58,725 bases of DNA from Gemmatimonadota bacterium. Its GTDB lineage: Bacteria; Gemmatimonadota; Gemmatimonadetes; JACCXV01; JAHWKZ01. Positions 36,891 through 45,953 of the stretch are shown one piece after another. The notes under the pieces are model-generated. The model had not been told where the DNA came from, made no database searches, and was given only the letters and a program-made list of their open reading frames with translations. Every line of letters starts with the position of its first letter. Within the stretch, counting starts at the first letter, position 1. The translations under genes and the position numbers were made by a program. The stretch covers positions 1 through 58,725 of the forward strand of contig JBFGIA010000001.1 of assembly GCA_041577935.1 (NCBI GenBank). Direction: 5' to 3'.

Positions 36891-36952
36891 CCGGCCGCAT
36901 TAAGAGTCTCGATCGCTGGCCGCAGACCCCGCGAGGGCTTACTGTGCCATCA

Positions 36953-37351
36953 ATGGACGTGACGCTCGCTGTATGCTGCGACGCGGCCAACGTGAGCCGC
37001 GAGGGAAAACTCAACCTGCTCGGGATCTTCAACTCGATCCACGCGTCGGACTTCCCGTGCACCCACCCCCACCTGGCCCTAGTACTCCGAGTCGAGGCCC
37101 ATATAGGTGAGGAAGGCGTGTACCCACTCGAAATCAAGCTCGCTGACGAGGACGGTCAGGAAGTCTTCAAGGTGAACGGTCAGCTTTCGCTCCGCGGGGC
37201 GAAACCCGGCCGTCCCATGACCGCCCAGACGATCATGGACATCAACAACTTCCAGCTTCCCCACGCCGGCACGTATTCGTTCGAGGTGTTTGTCGACAAT
37301 CGACACCTGCGCTCGGTTCCAGTGCACGCGCTGACCAACGACTCCGAGTAG
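36953..37351 (+). CDS. hypothetical protein (132 aa)
   Basis: MDVTLAVCCDAANVSREGKLNLLGIFNSIHASDFPCTHPHLALVLRVE... Coherent composition and good codon bias. No function recognised. Confidence 0.55.
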   Translation: MDVTLAVCCDAANVSREGKLNLLGIFNSIHASDFPCTHPHLALVLRVEAHIGEEGVYPLEIKLADEDGQEVFKVNGQLSLRGAKPGRPMTAQTIMDINNFQLPHAGTYSFEVFVDNRHLRSVPVHALTNDSE

Positions 37352-37356
37352 CGCTG

Positions 37357-38313
37357 GTGGGCCGGGGGCGAAAAACGATCGGCGGGATCCTCGCCGCGGC
37401 AGCGGCAGCCATCACCGCCCGGGCCGCTGTCGCCCGATCGCCAGAACCACCACCACCGCCACCGGGTCGGCCCGATCGGTACGGCTGGCGGCACGCCGAC
37501 ATTTTTCACACCACGCGCGGCAATGGTGCCCCAGCGCTGCTGCTCCACGACCTCTACACCGGTGCGTCTGGACTGGAGATGGCGCCACTCGGCGACCGAC
37601 TCGAGGAGCATTTCACTGTCTACACCGTCGACCTGCCGGGATTTGGCCGCTCGGGTCGACCGTCGATGCGCTACGGTCCGGATTTCTTCTTTGATGCGAT
37701 CGTCGAGTTCGTACGCCACGTCGTCGATCGGCCCACGCTCGTGGTCGGCTGTGGCCTGTCCGCTGCCTACGCAATCGAGGCGGCGGTGCGGCTCGGAAAT
37801 CTCGTCTCGGGCGTCGTTATGCTGGCGCCACCCGAAGCGGAGGGCCCCGAGCTGCTTGAGGCGCCGACCTGGCGTCCCTTGGTGTACCAAGGTCTTCGTT
37901 CGCCGTTCGGGGCCGCATATCACTGGTGGCATGCCAGCCCGGCATGGCGGAAGGCGTCACTCCGCGGGGCGTTGAGGGTCGAGCCATCCGATCTGGAGGC
38001 CCGGGCGGAGCAGCTCTCGCGATCAGCCCGGCAGCCCGGGGGCCGCTGGGCGCTCTGGTCGCTGTGGAGCGGCGACCTCGCGTGGGATGCGCGACCGGCG
38101 CTCGCTCGGCTCGGCGCCCCCACGCTCGTTCTCTGGGGCTCCGAAGCGCGCGCCAACCCGCTCGCGCCCGAGCACTATCACGCCGTGCGCCCCGATATCA
38201 CCCAGCAGGTCGTCCCGGGCACCGCTCGGTGGCCGCACGTCGACACACCGGATACGGTGGCCGCTGAGATCCAGCGTTGGTGGGCAGCCGAAGGCCCCGG
38301 GAGCATACCCTGA
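37357..38313 (+). CDS. alpha/beta-fold hydrolase
   Basis: LLLHDLY...YTVDLPGFGRSGRP, nucleophile-elbow-like GCGLSAAYA, and WPHVD near the C-terminus. The N-terminal Ala/Pro-rich segment may be a signal or anchor. Confidence 0.8.
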   Translation: MGRGRKTIGGILAAAAAAITARAAVARSPEPPPPPPGRPDRYGWRHADIFHTTRGNGAPALLLHDLYTGASGLEMAPLGDRLEEHFTVYTVDLPGFGRSGRPSMRYGPDFFFDAIVEFVRHVVDRPTLVVGCGLSAAYAIEAAVRLGNLVSGVVMLAPPEAEGPELLEAPTWRPLVYQGLRSPFGAAYHWWHASPAWRKASLRGALRVEPSDLEARAEQLSRSARQPGGRWALWSLWSGDLAWDARPALARLGAPTLVLWGSEARANPLAPEHYHAVRPDITQQVVPGTARWPHVDTPDTVAAEIQRWWAAEGPGSIP

Positions 38314-39512
38314 GCGACGGCCGGGGACCGAGGCTGTGGATCAGCATCGCCTGGCTGGACGGCGCGATCGCCCTCACCATCCCATCGCTCATCTTCCGGC
38401 TAACCGACGTGCACGCCACTGCACCCATCGAGGCGCTCGTCTTTGGGGCTGGGATCCTCGGCGCGGCGTTCCTGCTCTCCTGGGCCGCCGAAGTCGTACA
38501 AATGGAAATCAGCCAGGCCCTCGCACTCGCCATTCTCGCGCTGATCGCCATCCTCCCGGAGTACGCGGTCGACCTCTACTTCGCCTGGCGGGCGGCCGAA
38601 GATCCCGTGTACGGCCACTACGCCGCCGCCAACATGACCGGCGCCAACCGGCTCCTCGTCGGCCTCGGCTGGCCGCTCGTCGTGTGGCTCTTCTGGACCC
38701 GCTGGCGGAAGCGCGAAATCGAGCTGGCTCCAAGCGACCAGATCGCGGTCTGGTTTCTCGCCATGGCCACCCTGTACGCCTTCGTGATCGCAGCCGTGGG
38801 CTCGTTCTGGTGGCTCGACACCGTGGTGTTGATCGGTCTCTTCGCGTGGTACCTGTACCGAACCGGCGCACTCGGCGCGGGGGAGCCGGACCTGGTCGGA
38901 CCCGCCCTGATGCTAAGCCGGCTGCCGCGTGTCTGGAGATTGGGCTGCAACGCGGGTCTGTTCGCGTTCGCCGGCCTGATCATCTTCCTGGCCGCGGAGC
39001 CGTTCGCCGAGGCGTTGATCGATACCGGGCACCAATTCGGGATCGACGAGTTTCTGCTCGTCCAGTGGGTGGCGCCGCTGGCGTCCGAGGCGCCCGAGTT
39101 CATCATCGCCGCCATCTGGACCGTCCGTGGCCACGCGACAATGGCGCTCTCGGCGTTGATCTCGTCCAAGGTCAATCAGTGGACGCTGCTGATCGGCACG
39201 ATCTCGATCGTGTATTCGATCTCGGCCGGTCGCATCCAGGCGCTGCAGCTCGACCTCCAGCAGCAGCACGAGATCTTCCTGACCGCGGCCCAATCGTTGT
39301 TCGCCGCCGTGATGCTCTCCGACCGCCGCCTCAGCTGGTGGCAGGCGCTGCTGTTGTTCCTCCCGTTCGCGACGCAGTTGATCATCCCCGCGCTACGGAT
39401 GGAAATCGCGGTCGTCTACCTGCTATTCACTGTGATCTGGGGGTTCCATTACCGCCATCACCTGGCGGCGATCCTGCGGAGCGGTCCAAGGGGGTTGGGT
39501 AACAGGACCTAG
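38277..39512 (+). CDS. CaCA-superfamily (Na+/Ca2+ exchanger-like) cation antiporter
   Basis: About 10 TM helices with two alpha-repeat-like motifs, AILPEYAVDL and ASEAPEFIIAAIW. The start is uncertain (TTG 38277 overlaps the preceding gene). Confidence 0.55.
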   Translation: MVGSRRPREHTLSDGRGPRLWISIAWLDGAIALTIPSLIFRLTDVHATAPIEALVFGAGILGAAFLLSWAAEVVQMEISQALALAILALIAILPEYAVDLYFAWRAAEDPVYGHYAAANMTGANRLLVGLGWPLVVWLFWTRWRKREIELAPSDQIAVWFLAMATLYAFVIAAVGSFWWLDTVVLIGLFAWYLYRTGALGAGEPDLVGPALMLSRLPRVWRLGCNAGLFAFAGLIIFLAAEPFAEALIDTGHQFGIDEFLLVQWVAPLASEAPEFIIAAIWTVRGHATMALSALISSKVNQWTLLIGTISIVYSISAGRIQALQLDLQQQHEIFLTAAQSLFAAVMLSDRRLSWWQALLLFLPFATQLIIPALRMEIAVVYLLFTVIWGFHYRHHLAAILRSGPRGLGNRT

Positions 39513-41248
39513 CCGCGGTAGCGGTTGGTGATCGGCATGCGGCGGTCCTTGCCGAAAGCGCGGGTCGTAATCTTGATACCTGGCGGCGCTTGCCGCCGCT
39601 TGTACTCGTTGCGGTCGACCGCGTCCACGACCCAACGTACCGTTTCCTCGCCGTGGCCGAGCGCGACGATCTCCTGGGTTCCCAAATCACGCTCGATGTA
39701 CGCCTCGAGAATCCGGTCCAACTCGTCGTACGGTGGCAGCGTGTCTTGGTCCAACTGATCGGGCTTCAGCTCGGCGGTCGGCGCCCGGTCGATAACCGCT
39801 TGCGGGATCAGCTCGCGTCCGGATTGGCGATTGATCTCGCGCGCCACGGCGTAGACATCGCTCTTGTAGAGATCTTTGAGAACTGCGAATCCGCCCACCA
39901 TGTCGCCATACAGCGTGCAGTAACCGACCGACAGCTCGCTCTTGTTGCCAGGTGCGAGGACGAGCCACCCACGCTTGTTGGAAAGCGCCATTAACAAGTT
40001 GCCGCGAATCCGCGCCTGCAGGTTCTCCTCGGTGGCATCGGCCGGGGTTCCATCAAAGCTTGGTGCAAGTGCTGTCAGGAACGACTCGAACACGGAACCG
40101 ATCTCGATCTCGTCAAAAGCGATACCTAGGTTCCGGCACAACGCTTCCGCCCCGGCTTGGCTTTCCTGGCTCGAGTACGAGGATGGCATGTAGTAGCCGT
40201 GGACCCGCTCGGGGCCCAACGCTCGCGCGGCGATGGCGGCAGTTACCGCCGAGTCAATGCCACCCGATACGCCGATCACCGCGTCTCGAAACCCGTTCTT
40301 GGTGAAATAGTCGGCCACCCCGAGTGTCACCGCGGCTAAGATCTCCTGGGGCCGAGAGAGGAGCTCGGTTACCGTCAGGCTGACTGGGTCGCGCTTGGCC
40401 GAGCGCCTTGGGCCCAGATCGATGCACTCGACGACCGAAGCGTCCCCTTTCCCCTCGTCACGGAACTTCCGCCGTCGTGGATCGTGAAGCCGCTCGTGAA
40501 ACACGCGCTCGAGCTGGAGGTCAACGACGATCAGATCCTCGTCGAAGGCACGACCGCGCGCCATGAGATCCCCGTCCTCGTCGGCGACTAATGACTGGCC
40601 GTCGAAGATCAACTCGTCCTGGCCGCCGACCAGATTGCAGTAGGCCACCACGATCGCGTTGTCCTCGGCTCGGGTGGTCAACATGCGTTCCCGATCGTGA
40701 CCTTTACCCGCGTGGTACGGCGAGGCCGAGAGGTTGATCGCCACCTGGGCGTGCCCGACCTGTGCCTGTGATGTCAGCGGCTCGCCGGGGTACCAGATAT
40801 CCTCACAGATATTCACCCCGAACCTGACGTCGCCCAGCTGATAGACCGGAATCGTGTCACCGCGACGGAAGTAGCGGTTTTCGTCAAACACCCCGTAATT
40901 GGGGAGATACCGTTTGCGATAGATGTGGCGAACCGCTCCGTCGCGAATGACGGCGGCCGCGTTGTAGACATCCGCCTCTCGATCGGGGAACCCGACCAAT
41001 ACGACGGTATCGTCGACGTCCCCGGCAAACTCGTCGAGCGTGTCGCGCACGGCCGTCAAAAAGGACGGCTTGAGCAACAAGTCCTCCGGCGGATAGCCGC
41101 TGATCGCGAGCTCGGGGAAGACCACCACATCCGGGCAATGAGCCCGCGCCCGATCGAGCCAACGCCGCAGAAGAGTGAGGTTGCCCTCTAAGTCCCCCAC
41201 GGCGGTGTTGATCTGCGCCAGCGCGATACGAAACGGCACCATGGTCAC
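39509..41248 (-). CDS. nadE: glutamine-dependent NAD+ synthetase
   Basis: N-terminal CN-hydrolase domain (VFPELAISGYPPEDL, NICEDIW) plus a C-terminal NAD synthetase with the PP-loop GVSGGIDSAV. Confidence 0.95.
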   Translation of the reverse strand: MTMVPFRIALAQINTAVGDLEGNLTLLRRWLDRARAHCPDVVVFPELAISGYPPEDLLLKPSFLTAVRDTLDEFAGDVDDTVVLVGFPDREADVYNAAAVIRDGAVRHIYRKRYLPNYGVFDENRYFRRGDTIPVYQLGDVRFGVNICEDIWYPGEPLTSQAQVGHAQVAINLSASPYHAGKGHDRERMLTTRAEDNAIVVAYCNLVGGQDELIFDGQSLVADEDGDLMARGRAFDEDLIVVDLQLERVFHERLHDPRRRKFRDEGKGDASVVECIDLGPRRSAKRDPVSLTVTELLSRPQEILAAVTLGVADYFTKNGFRDAVIGVSGGIDSAVTAAIAARALGPERVHGYYMPSSYSSQESQAGAEALCRNLGIAFDEIEIGSVFESFLTALAPSFDGTPADATEENLQARIRGNLLMALSNKRGWLVLAPGNKSELSVGYCTLYGDMVGGFAVLKDLYKSDVYAVAREINRQSGRELIPQAVIDRAPTAELKPDQLDQDTLPPYDELDRILEAYIERDLGTQEIVALGHGEETVRWVVDAVDRNEYKRRQAPPGIKITTRAFGKDRRMPITNRYRG

Positions 41249-41279
41249 AAATCTAATGCACGGACCGCGCCTGGACCGT

Positions 41280-41307
41280 TTGACGCCCCCCCAACCGGCG
41301 CTAGAAT
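41280..41307 (+). promoter_or_regulatory. putative promoter positioned for a leaderless metX transcript
   Basis: TTGACG (41280..41285), 16-nt spacer, TAGAAT (41302..41307). The ATG at 41314 is only 6 nt after the -10 element, and there is no SD. Confidence 0.4.
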
Positions 41308-41313
41308 GGCGTC

Positions 41314-42393
41314 ATGTCAGAGCCATATAGACAGCACTGGACCCACCCCGGCCCGTTCGAGACCGAGTCCCGTGCGACGATGGAGTCCCCGGTCACTGCC
41401 TACGAAACGTGGGGCCGGCACAAGAACGGCAACGCCCTGCTGCTTACGACGGGACTCTCGCCAAGCGCGCACGCCGCCAGCCACGGCCCCGAGGACGAGC
41501 CCGGCTGGTGGGAAGCGATGGTCGGGCCGGGGAAAGCGATCGACACGGAGCGCTGGTTCGTCGTCTGTGCCAATGTTCTCGGTGGTTGCTACGGATCGAC
41601 GGGCCCGGCGTCGATCAACCCCGACACCGGCGAACGCTATCGGCTCGATTTCCCGATCATCACGCTGCGTGACATCGCGCACCTCCAGCATTTGCTCCTC
41701 GAGCATCTCGGCGTTGATCGTCTGCGGGCGGTCGTCGGATCGTCGATGGGCGGCATGGTCGCGCTCGAGTACGCGACGATGTTCCCCGACACCGTCGACC
41801 GTCTGATCGCCATCAGCGCCTCCGGCATGACCCATCCGTATGCCATCGCGCTGCGACGAGTTCAGCGCCGAGCGGTGATGCTCGATCCCGCCTGGCGCGG
41901 CGGTGATTATTACGACCACGGTCAACCCGCAGCCGGCCTGTCGCTGGCCCGGGAGATCGGCACCATCTCGTACCGCTCGGATCTCGAATGGACGCGCCGC
42001 TTCGGACGCAGTTGGCGGGATGGCAAGCTGTTCTCCTTTGATGGTCGGTTCGATATCGAGTCGTATCTCCAACACCAAGGCGAGAAGTATCCCCAAAGCT
42101 ACGACGCCAACTCGTATCTGTATCTGTCCCGGGCCATGGACCTGCACGATCTGAGTCGCAGGCGCGGGACCCTGGCGGAGGCGGTCTCACGGATCACCGC
42201 TGCCCCGTTGATCATCGGCGTCGAAACGGACGTTCTAATCCCACCGTTCGAAATCGAAGAGCTCGCCGAGGCGTTCGCCGACGCCGACCGACACGCCGAC
42301 GTGCGAATGATCGATGTCGACACCGGTCACGACTCGTTCCTTCTCCACCCCGAGATGTTCGGTCCTCCGATCCAGGCCCACCTGGGGGAATGA
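41314..42393 (+). CDS. metX: homoserine O-acetyltransferase
   Basis: Alpha/beta-hydrolase MetX pattern: LLTTGLSPSAHAA, VVCANVLGGCYGSTGP, VVGSSMGGMVALEY, DTGHDSFL. Confidence 0.9.
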   Translation: MSEPYRQHWTHPGPFETESRATMESPVTAYETWGRHKNGNALLLTTGLSPSAHAASHGPEDEPGWWEAMVGPGKAIDTERWFVVCANVLGGCYGSTGPASINPDTGERYRLDFPIITLRDIAHLQHLLLEHLGVDRLRAVVGSSMGGMVALEYATMFPDTVDRLIAISASGMTHPYAIALRRVQRRAVMLDPAWRGGDYYDHGQPAAGLSLAREIGTISYRSDLEWTRRFGRSWRDGKLFSFDGRFDIESYLQHQGEKYPQSYDANSYLYLSRAMDLHDLSRRRGTLAEAVSRITAAPLIIGVETDVLIPPFEIEELAEAFADADRHADVRMIDVDTGHDSFLLHPEMFGPPIQAHLGE

Positions 42394-42504
42394 CCCCGGC
42401 GTTTCCGCGGTCCAAGAGAATCGAAAAACGGCCTGAAACCAACCGCCCTCATCATGCGTAGGGGTCGACAGGAACCAGTGATAACCATTGAGAGGAGATA
42501 CCAA

Positions 42505-42702
42505 ATGCGTGCCATCCATTCTTTTCTAGCCGCGACGTTCTACAGCGCCTCGATTATCGCCTTACTGGCGATGACGACGCCCCCGACGAACCCCGCGGCC
42601 GGACCCACGGCCGAGTTTGGCCCGGTCACGGTCATCGCGGTCGAGGCGCCGGCAACGGTGGCCGACAGCGACGGAACCCAGCTGGCCAGAGAAATCAGCT
42701 AG
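42505..42702 (+). CDS. small membrane-anchored/secreted protein, paralog A (65 aa)
   Basis: AGGAGA lies 7 nt before the ATG. MRAIHSFLAATFYSASIIALLAMTTPPTNPAAGPTAEFGPVTVIAVEAPATVADSDGTQLAREIS. Confidence 0.55.
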   Translation: MRAIHSFLAATFYSASIIALLAMTTPPTNPAAGPTAEFGPVTVIAVEAPATVADSDGTQLAREIS

Positions 42703-42778
42703 GGCTTCCAACCAAATGCGAACCCGCGATATCCAAGGGGCCAGGAAAGCGATGAACCGATTCGAAAGGAGATACACA

Positions 42779-42967
42779 ATGCGCGCGACTATCACGTTAC
42801 TGGCAGCGACCTTCTACGTGCTCTCGATCTCGACCTTAGTGGCGATGACTTTTTCGTCCCCGTCGAAGGCGAGCGCTGAGCTCGGCCCGATCACGGTGAT
42901 TGGCGTAGAGTCACAGCCAACCGTAGTCGACAGCGACGAGATCCGGCTCCAGCTGGAAATGAGCTAG
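42779..42967 (+). CDS. small membrane-anchored/secreted protein, paralog B (62 aa)
   Basis: AGGAGA lies 7 nt before the ATG. MRATITLLAATFYVLSISTLVAMTFSSPSKASAELGPITVIGVESQPTVVDSDEIRLQLEMS. Confidence 0.55.
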   Translation: MRATITLLAATFYVLSISTLVAMTFSSPSKASAELGPITVIGVESQPTVVDSDEIRLQLEMS

Positions 42968-43081
42968 GCTTACACGTCACGCTGGCAGCGACGGGCGGTT
43001 TGGTCGGTTATCAATGGCCAAGCCGCCGTCTTGCATTTGCAACCCCACCTCCGTACACAGCGTCCAACCCTTCGCGTATAA

Positions 43082-44422
43082 TTGCCGAACCCATGCTCTC
43101 CGCGACGACCACCAACTGAAGCTATCAACGGCCGGGCTGCCCCTTTCGCTGCGCTCGTAACGGGTGCACTCACGCTCGTTGTTGTCAGCGTCGCGATGCG
43201 TGCCGGAACTGAACCGTTTGCGACATGGTATTACCCGTTAGCGTGGTTCCCCACGCTGCTCATGCTGGATGCGGTCGCCGCTCTCAGGGGTGGCGGCCGC
43301 CTCTTTTTTGTGGCCCGGCCAAACGCCATCCCCTCGATGTTGGCGTGGTCGGTGCCCTTTTGGCTCTTCTTCGAGCTGCTCAACTTTCGACTCGAGAACT
43401 GGTACTACGTCTTCGTACCCGACGACCCGGTGGCGCGGTGGGCGGGCATCGGGCTTTCGTTCGCCACCGTTCTGCCAGCGATTTTCCTAGCGGAGCGGGC
43501 ACTCGGCGGATTCAAGAATTCGAGCGACGCACCACCCCGTCGGGCCCTCAAACCCACTCCGCTATACGCGATCCAGTTGATCGGCGCGGCGGCGCTGTTG
43601 GTGCCGCTCGTCTGGCCCACCTTCCTTTTTCCGCTCGTTTGGGTCGGCGGTCTGCTGCTGGTTGACCCCTGGGTGTACCGGCGTGATCCGAAGCGGTCGC
43701 TGCTGGCCGATCTGGAGCGCCGCCAGCCGGGCCGTGTGCTGCGCCTGCTTGTCGGCGGAATGATGATCGGGCTCTTGTGGGAGCTCTACAACGTCAGCGC
43801 GCGCGGCAAATGGATCTATACCGTCCCCGGCCTCGAGGAGCTCAAGCTCTTCGAGATGCCACTGCTGGGGTTTTTGGGCTTCCCGGTGTTCGCGCTTGAG
43901 GGATTCGCCGTATATCAGGCGCTGGTGGTGAGCGGGCTGGCGGCGCCCGATCGCGGTCATGCCAAACCACCGTCGCATATCATGGTTGCACTGGCGGCTA
44001 TCCTCGCGATCGTGTTCTCGGCGCTCGTCCTGCTCGGTATGGAGCGGCACACGATCTCGTCGATGACACCACGGTTGGCCGATTTCCAGGGTGTCTCGTC
44101 GTCCGCGCTCGAACACGCCGGGTACGACATTTTCAACCTAGCCGAGGCGGATGCAGCATCGGTGGAGGCTAAAACCGGTCTTTCCGCCCAAACTGCTCGC
44201 GTCTGGGTCGATCGCGCTCAGTTGATCGTTCTGCGAGGGATCGGAAGTGAGAACGCGAAGCGACTGGAAGCCACCGGAATTTTCACGATCACCGAGTTGG
44301 CAGCCATTGATCCCGACCGGTTGGTCGAACGATTGCGCCGAGAACCCGGTCGTCCGGTGTATGCGGCGCGGGTTCGCGTTTGGGTCCGGGCCGCCCGCGA
44401 TGCAATCGGTGCGACACCGTAG
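43082..44422 (+). CDS. polytopic membrane protein with C-terminal helix-hairpin-helix (DUF4332-like) domain
   Basis: About 8 hydrophobic helices, then LRGIGSENAKRLEATGIFTITELAAIDPDRLVERL. The start is uncertain: a TATAAT at 43074..43079 would place the TSS inside the longest ORF, and the next in-frame ATG is at 43196. Confidence 0.6.
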   Translation: MPNPCSPRRPPTEAINGRAAPFAALVTGALTLVVVSVAMRAGTEPFATWYYPLAWFPTLLMLDAVAALRGGGRLFFVARPNAIPSMLAWSVPFWLFFELLNFRLENWYYVFVPDDPVARWAGIGLSFATVLPAIFLAERALGGFKNSSDAPPRRALKPTPLYAIQLIGAAALLVPLVWPTFLFPLVWVGGLLLVDPWVYRRDPKRSLLADLERRQPGRVLRLLVGGMMIGLLWELYNVSARGKWIYTVPGLEELKLFEMPLLGFLGFPVFALEGFAVYQALVVSGLAAPDRGHAKPPSHIMVALAAILAIVFSALVLLGMERHTISSMTPRLADFQGVSSSALEHAGYDIFNLAEADAASVEAKTGLSAQTARVWVDRAQLIVLRGIGSENAKRLEATGIFTITELAAIDPDRLVERLRREPGRPVYAARVRVWVRAARDAIGATP

Positions 44423-44481
44423 CAGAACCCGCCTCGCTGGCTGAAACCCTCGCAGCGGGATTACCGTACTGCCTACCGATC

Positions 44482-45411
44482 ATGCGTTTTCTACAGGCGA
44501 TACTCCTTGTCGTGCTCTCCACAGGAGCAGCGCAGGCACAAATACTCGACGGCTCGTTGTCGGGGCTGGCGTTTGGAGATGGCGTCGAGATCGCGCGTGC
44601 GACGCTCGGACCTGACTGCCGGTCGATCAGCGCATTCGATCTCAGCGCGCCGCGTCTCCCGCTCGCCGCCGAGCGCGAATCGGAGCTCATCTGCTGGAGC
44701 TACGCGAGTCCGGGTGGCTTGAACCTCGACACGCTCGTGCTGCGCTTCGCCGATGGCGGGTTGGTGATGGTCGAGGCTCGGGGTGAAAACGTAACTGCGC
44801 TCCTAAGCCCCGAAGAAGAAACAATGGAGTACGCCGGTTACGTCGGGTACATAGGACCGGACGAGGCGGTCGTGATCGACGGCGACGTGGCGTGGGTCGT
44901 ACGTACCAACGACATGCACTCGCATCCGTTTCTCGGATCTACGCCGGTAGTCACGGAGGAGGGTTTACCGGCAGCATCAGCAACCGCCCACAAGCCGCCC
45001 GACCTCGTCTTCGGCGCCTCACTCGATGAGATCCGCGAGACCTTCGTGCCGCAATGCGCGCGTGCGGTCGAGCGAGAGATTTCGCCACCCGGCCTACCGA
45101 ACCAACCTGAAAAACAAACCCAGATCGACTGCCTCGGCTTCCCTTACGCCGGGTTTCCACGCAAGGTCGAGGCGGTGTTTGCAGACGGGGAGCTCGCGCT
45201 CGTCTGGATCTTGACCGGTAAGCAGGAGGAACCGCGTGTCCGGGACGCCCTGATCGCGGCGTACGGCGAGCCAGTACGCGTCGATGAAGACTCCGAGGTG
45301 TTTGGCGATGGGAGCGTCGTCCTGCGCAAGGACAAGCCAGAGGTTCTGTTCCTCTCGGCGGAGTTAGCGCCGGCTTTCACCGAACCACAAGCCGAGCAGG
45401 AAACCCCTTAA
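44482..45411 (+). CDS. secreted hypothetical protein with internal two-domain duplication
   Basis: Signal peptide MRFLQAILLVVLSTGAAQAQ. FADGGLVMVEARGE and FADGELALVWILTG mark the repeated halves. Confidence 0.5.
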   Translation: MRFLQAILLVVLSTGAAQAQILDGSLSGLAFGDGVEIARATLGPDCRSISAFDLSAPRLPLAAERESELICWSYASPGGLNLDTLVLRFADGGLVMVEARGENVTALLSPEEETMEYAGYVGYIGPDEAVVIDGDVAWVVRTNDMHSHPFLGSTPVVTEEGLPAASATAHKPPDLVFGASLDEIRETFVPQCARAVEREISPPGLPNQPEKQTQIDCLGFPYAGFPRKVEAVFADGELALVWILTGKQEEPRVRDALIAAYGEPVRVDEDSEVFGDGSVVLRKDKPEVLFLSAELAPAFTEPQAEQETP

Positions 45412-45953
45412 GGCGACGGATGGTGGCGGGCCGGGTCGTGCCCTCCCGCGTATCCCCTCAACGCATCGTATCGCTCGACTTGCTCCGGCGTCAGCACGGC
45501 ACGCGTCGCCAGGTGAGCAGCCAAGTGGATGGCGCGAAGCCGGCCTTGGAGCTCGGCGATGGCGGCGGTCTGCCGCTGCAACTGATCGTCATCGATCGTT
45601 CCGCCCGCAAACGCGAGATCCAACTCGCGTTCAGCGGCAACGATCTCGGCACCCAGATCGCGCGCGTTTTCGCGCATCACTTCAAAAATCTGTTCCACCC
45701 GTCTCTTCTGCTCCCCCGAGAGTTCGAGATCACCAGCCAGCTCGAGGACGTGCTTGGGACCCGGGTAGTGGTTGAGCTCCGCGGCCAGCGCGTACCGCAT
45801 CCCGTCGCCGTTCTCGTAGGCCGCGATCTCGTCCGGTCCGAGCGCCTTGATCTGGCGCGCTTCGAACCCCACATACGGGGAAACACCCTCCGGCTCCTGG
45901 GCCAAAACCGGGGTGCCGATCAACAGGGCGACAAACAACCAGCGCGCGCTCAT
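45408..45953 (-). CDS. Spy/CpxP/ZraP-family periplasmic protein (LTxxQ motif)
   Basis: ATG at 45953 overlaps the upstream stop (ATGA). Signal peptide MSARWLFVALLIGTPVLAQE. Helical repeats with LSGEQ and LTPEQ motifs. Confidence 0.65.
   Translation of the reverse strand: MSARWLFVALLIGTPVLAQEPEGVSPYVGFEARQIKALGPDEIAAYENGDGMRYALAAELNHYPGPKHVLELAGDLELSGEQKRRVEQIFEVMRENARDLGAEIVAAERELDLAFAGGTIDDDQLQRQTAAIAELQGRLRAIHLAAHLATRAVLTPEQVERYDALRGYAGGHDPARHHPSP

Larger units (their letters stand above)
42490..42975 (+). repeat. diverged tandem duplication of a small-gene unit (RBS + ORF + AGCTAGG tail)
   Basis: Both units begin GA(G/A)AGGAGATAC(C/A)AAATGCG and end (A/G)AGCTAGG(G)CTT. The encoded proteins are roughly half identical by eye. 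Confidence 0.7.
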
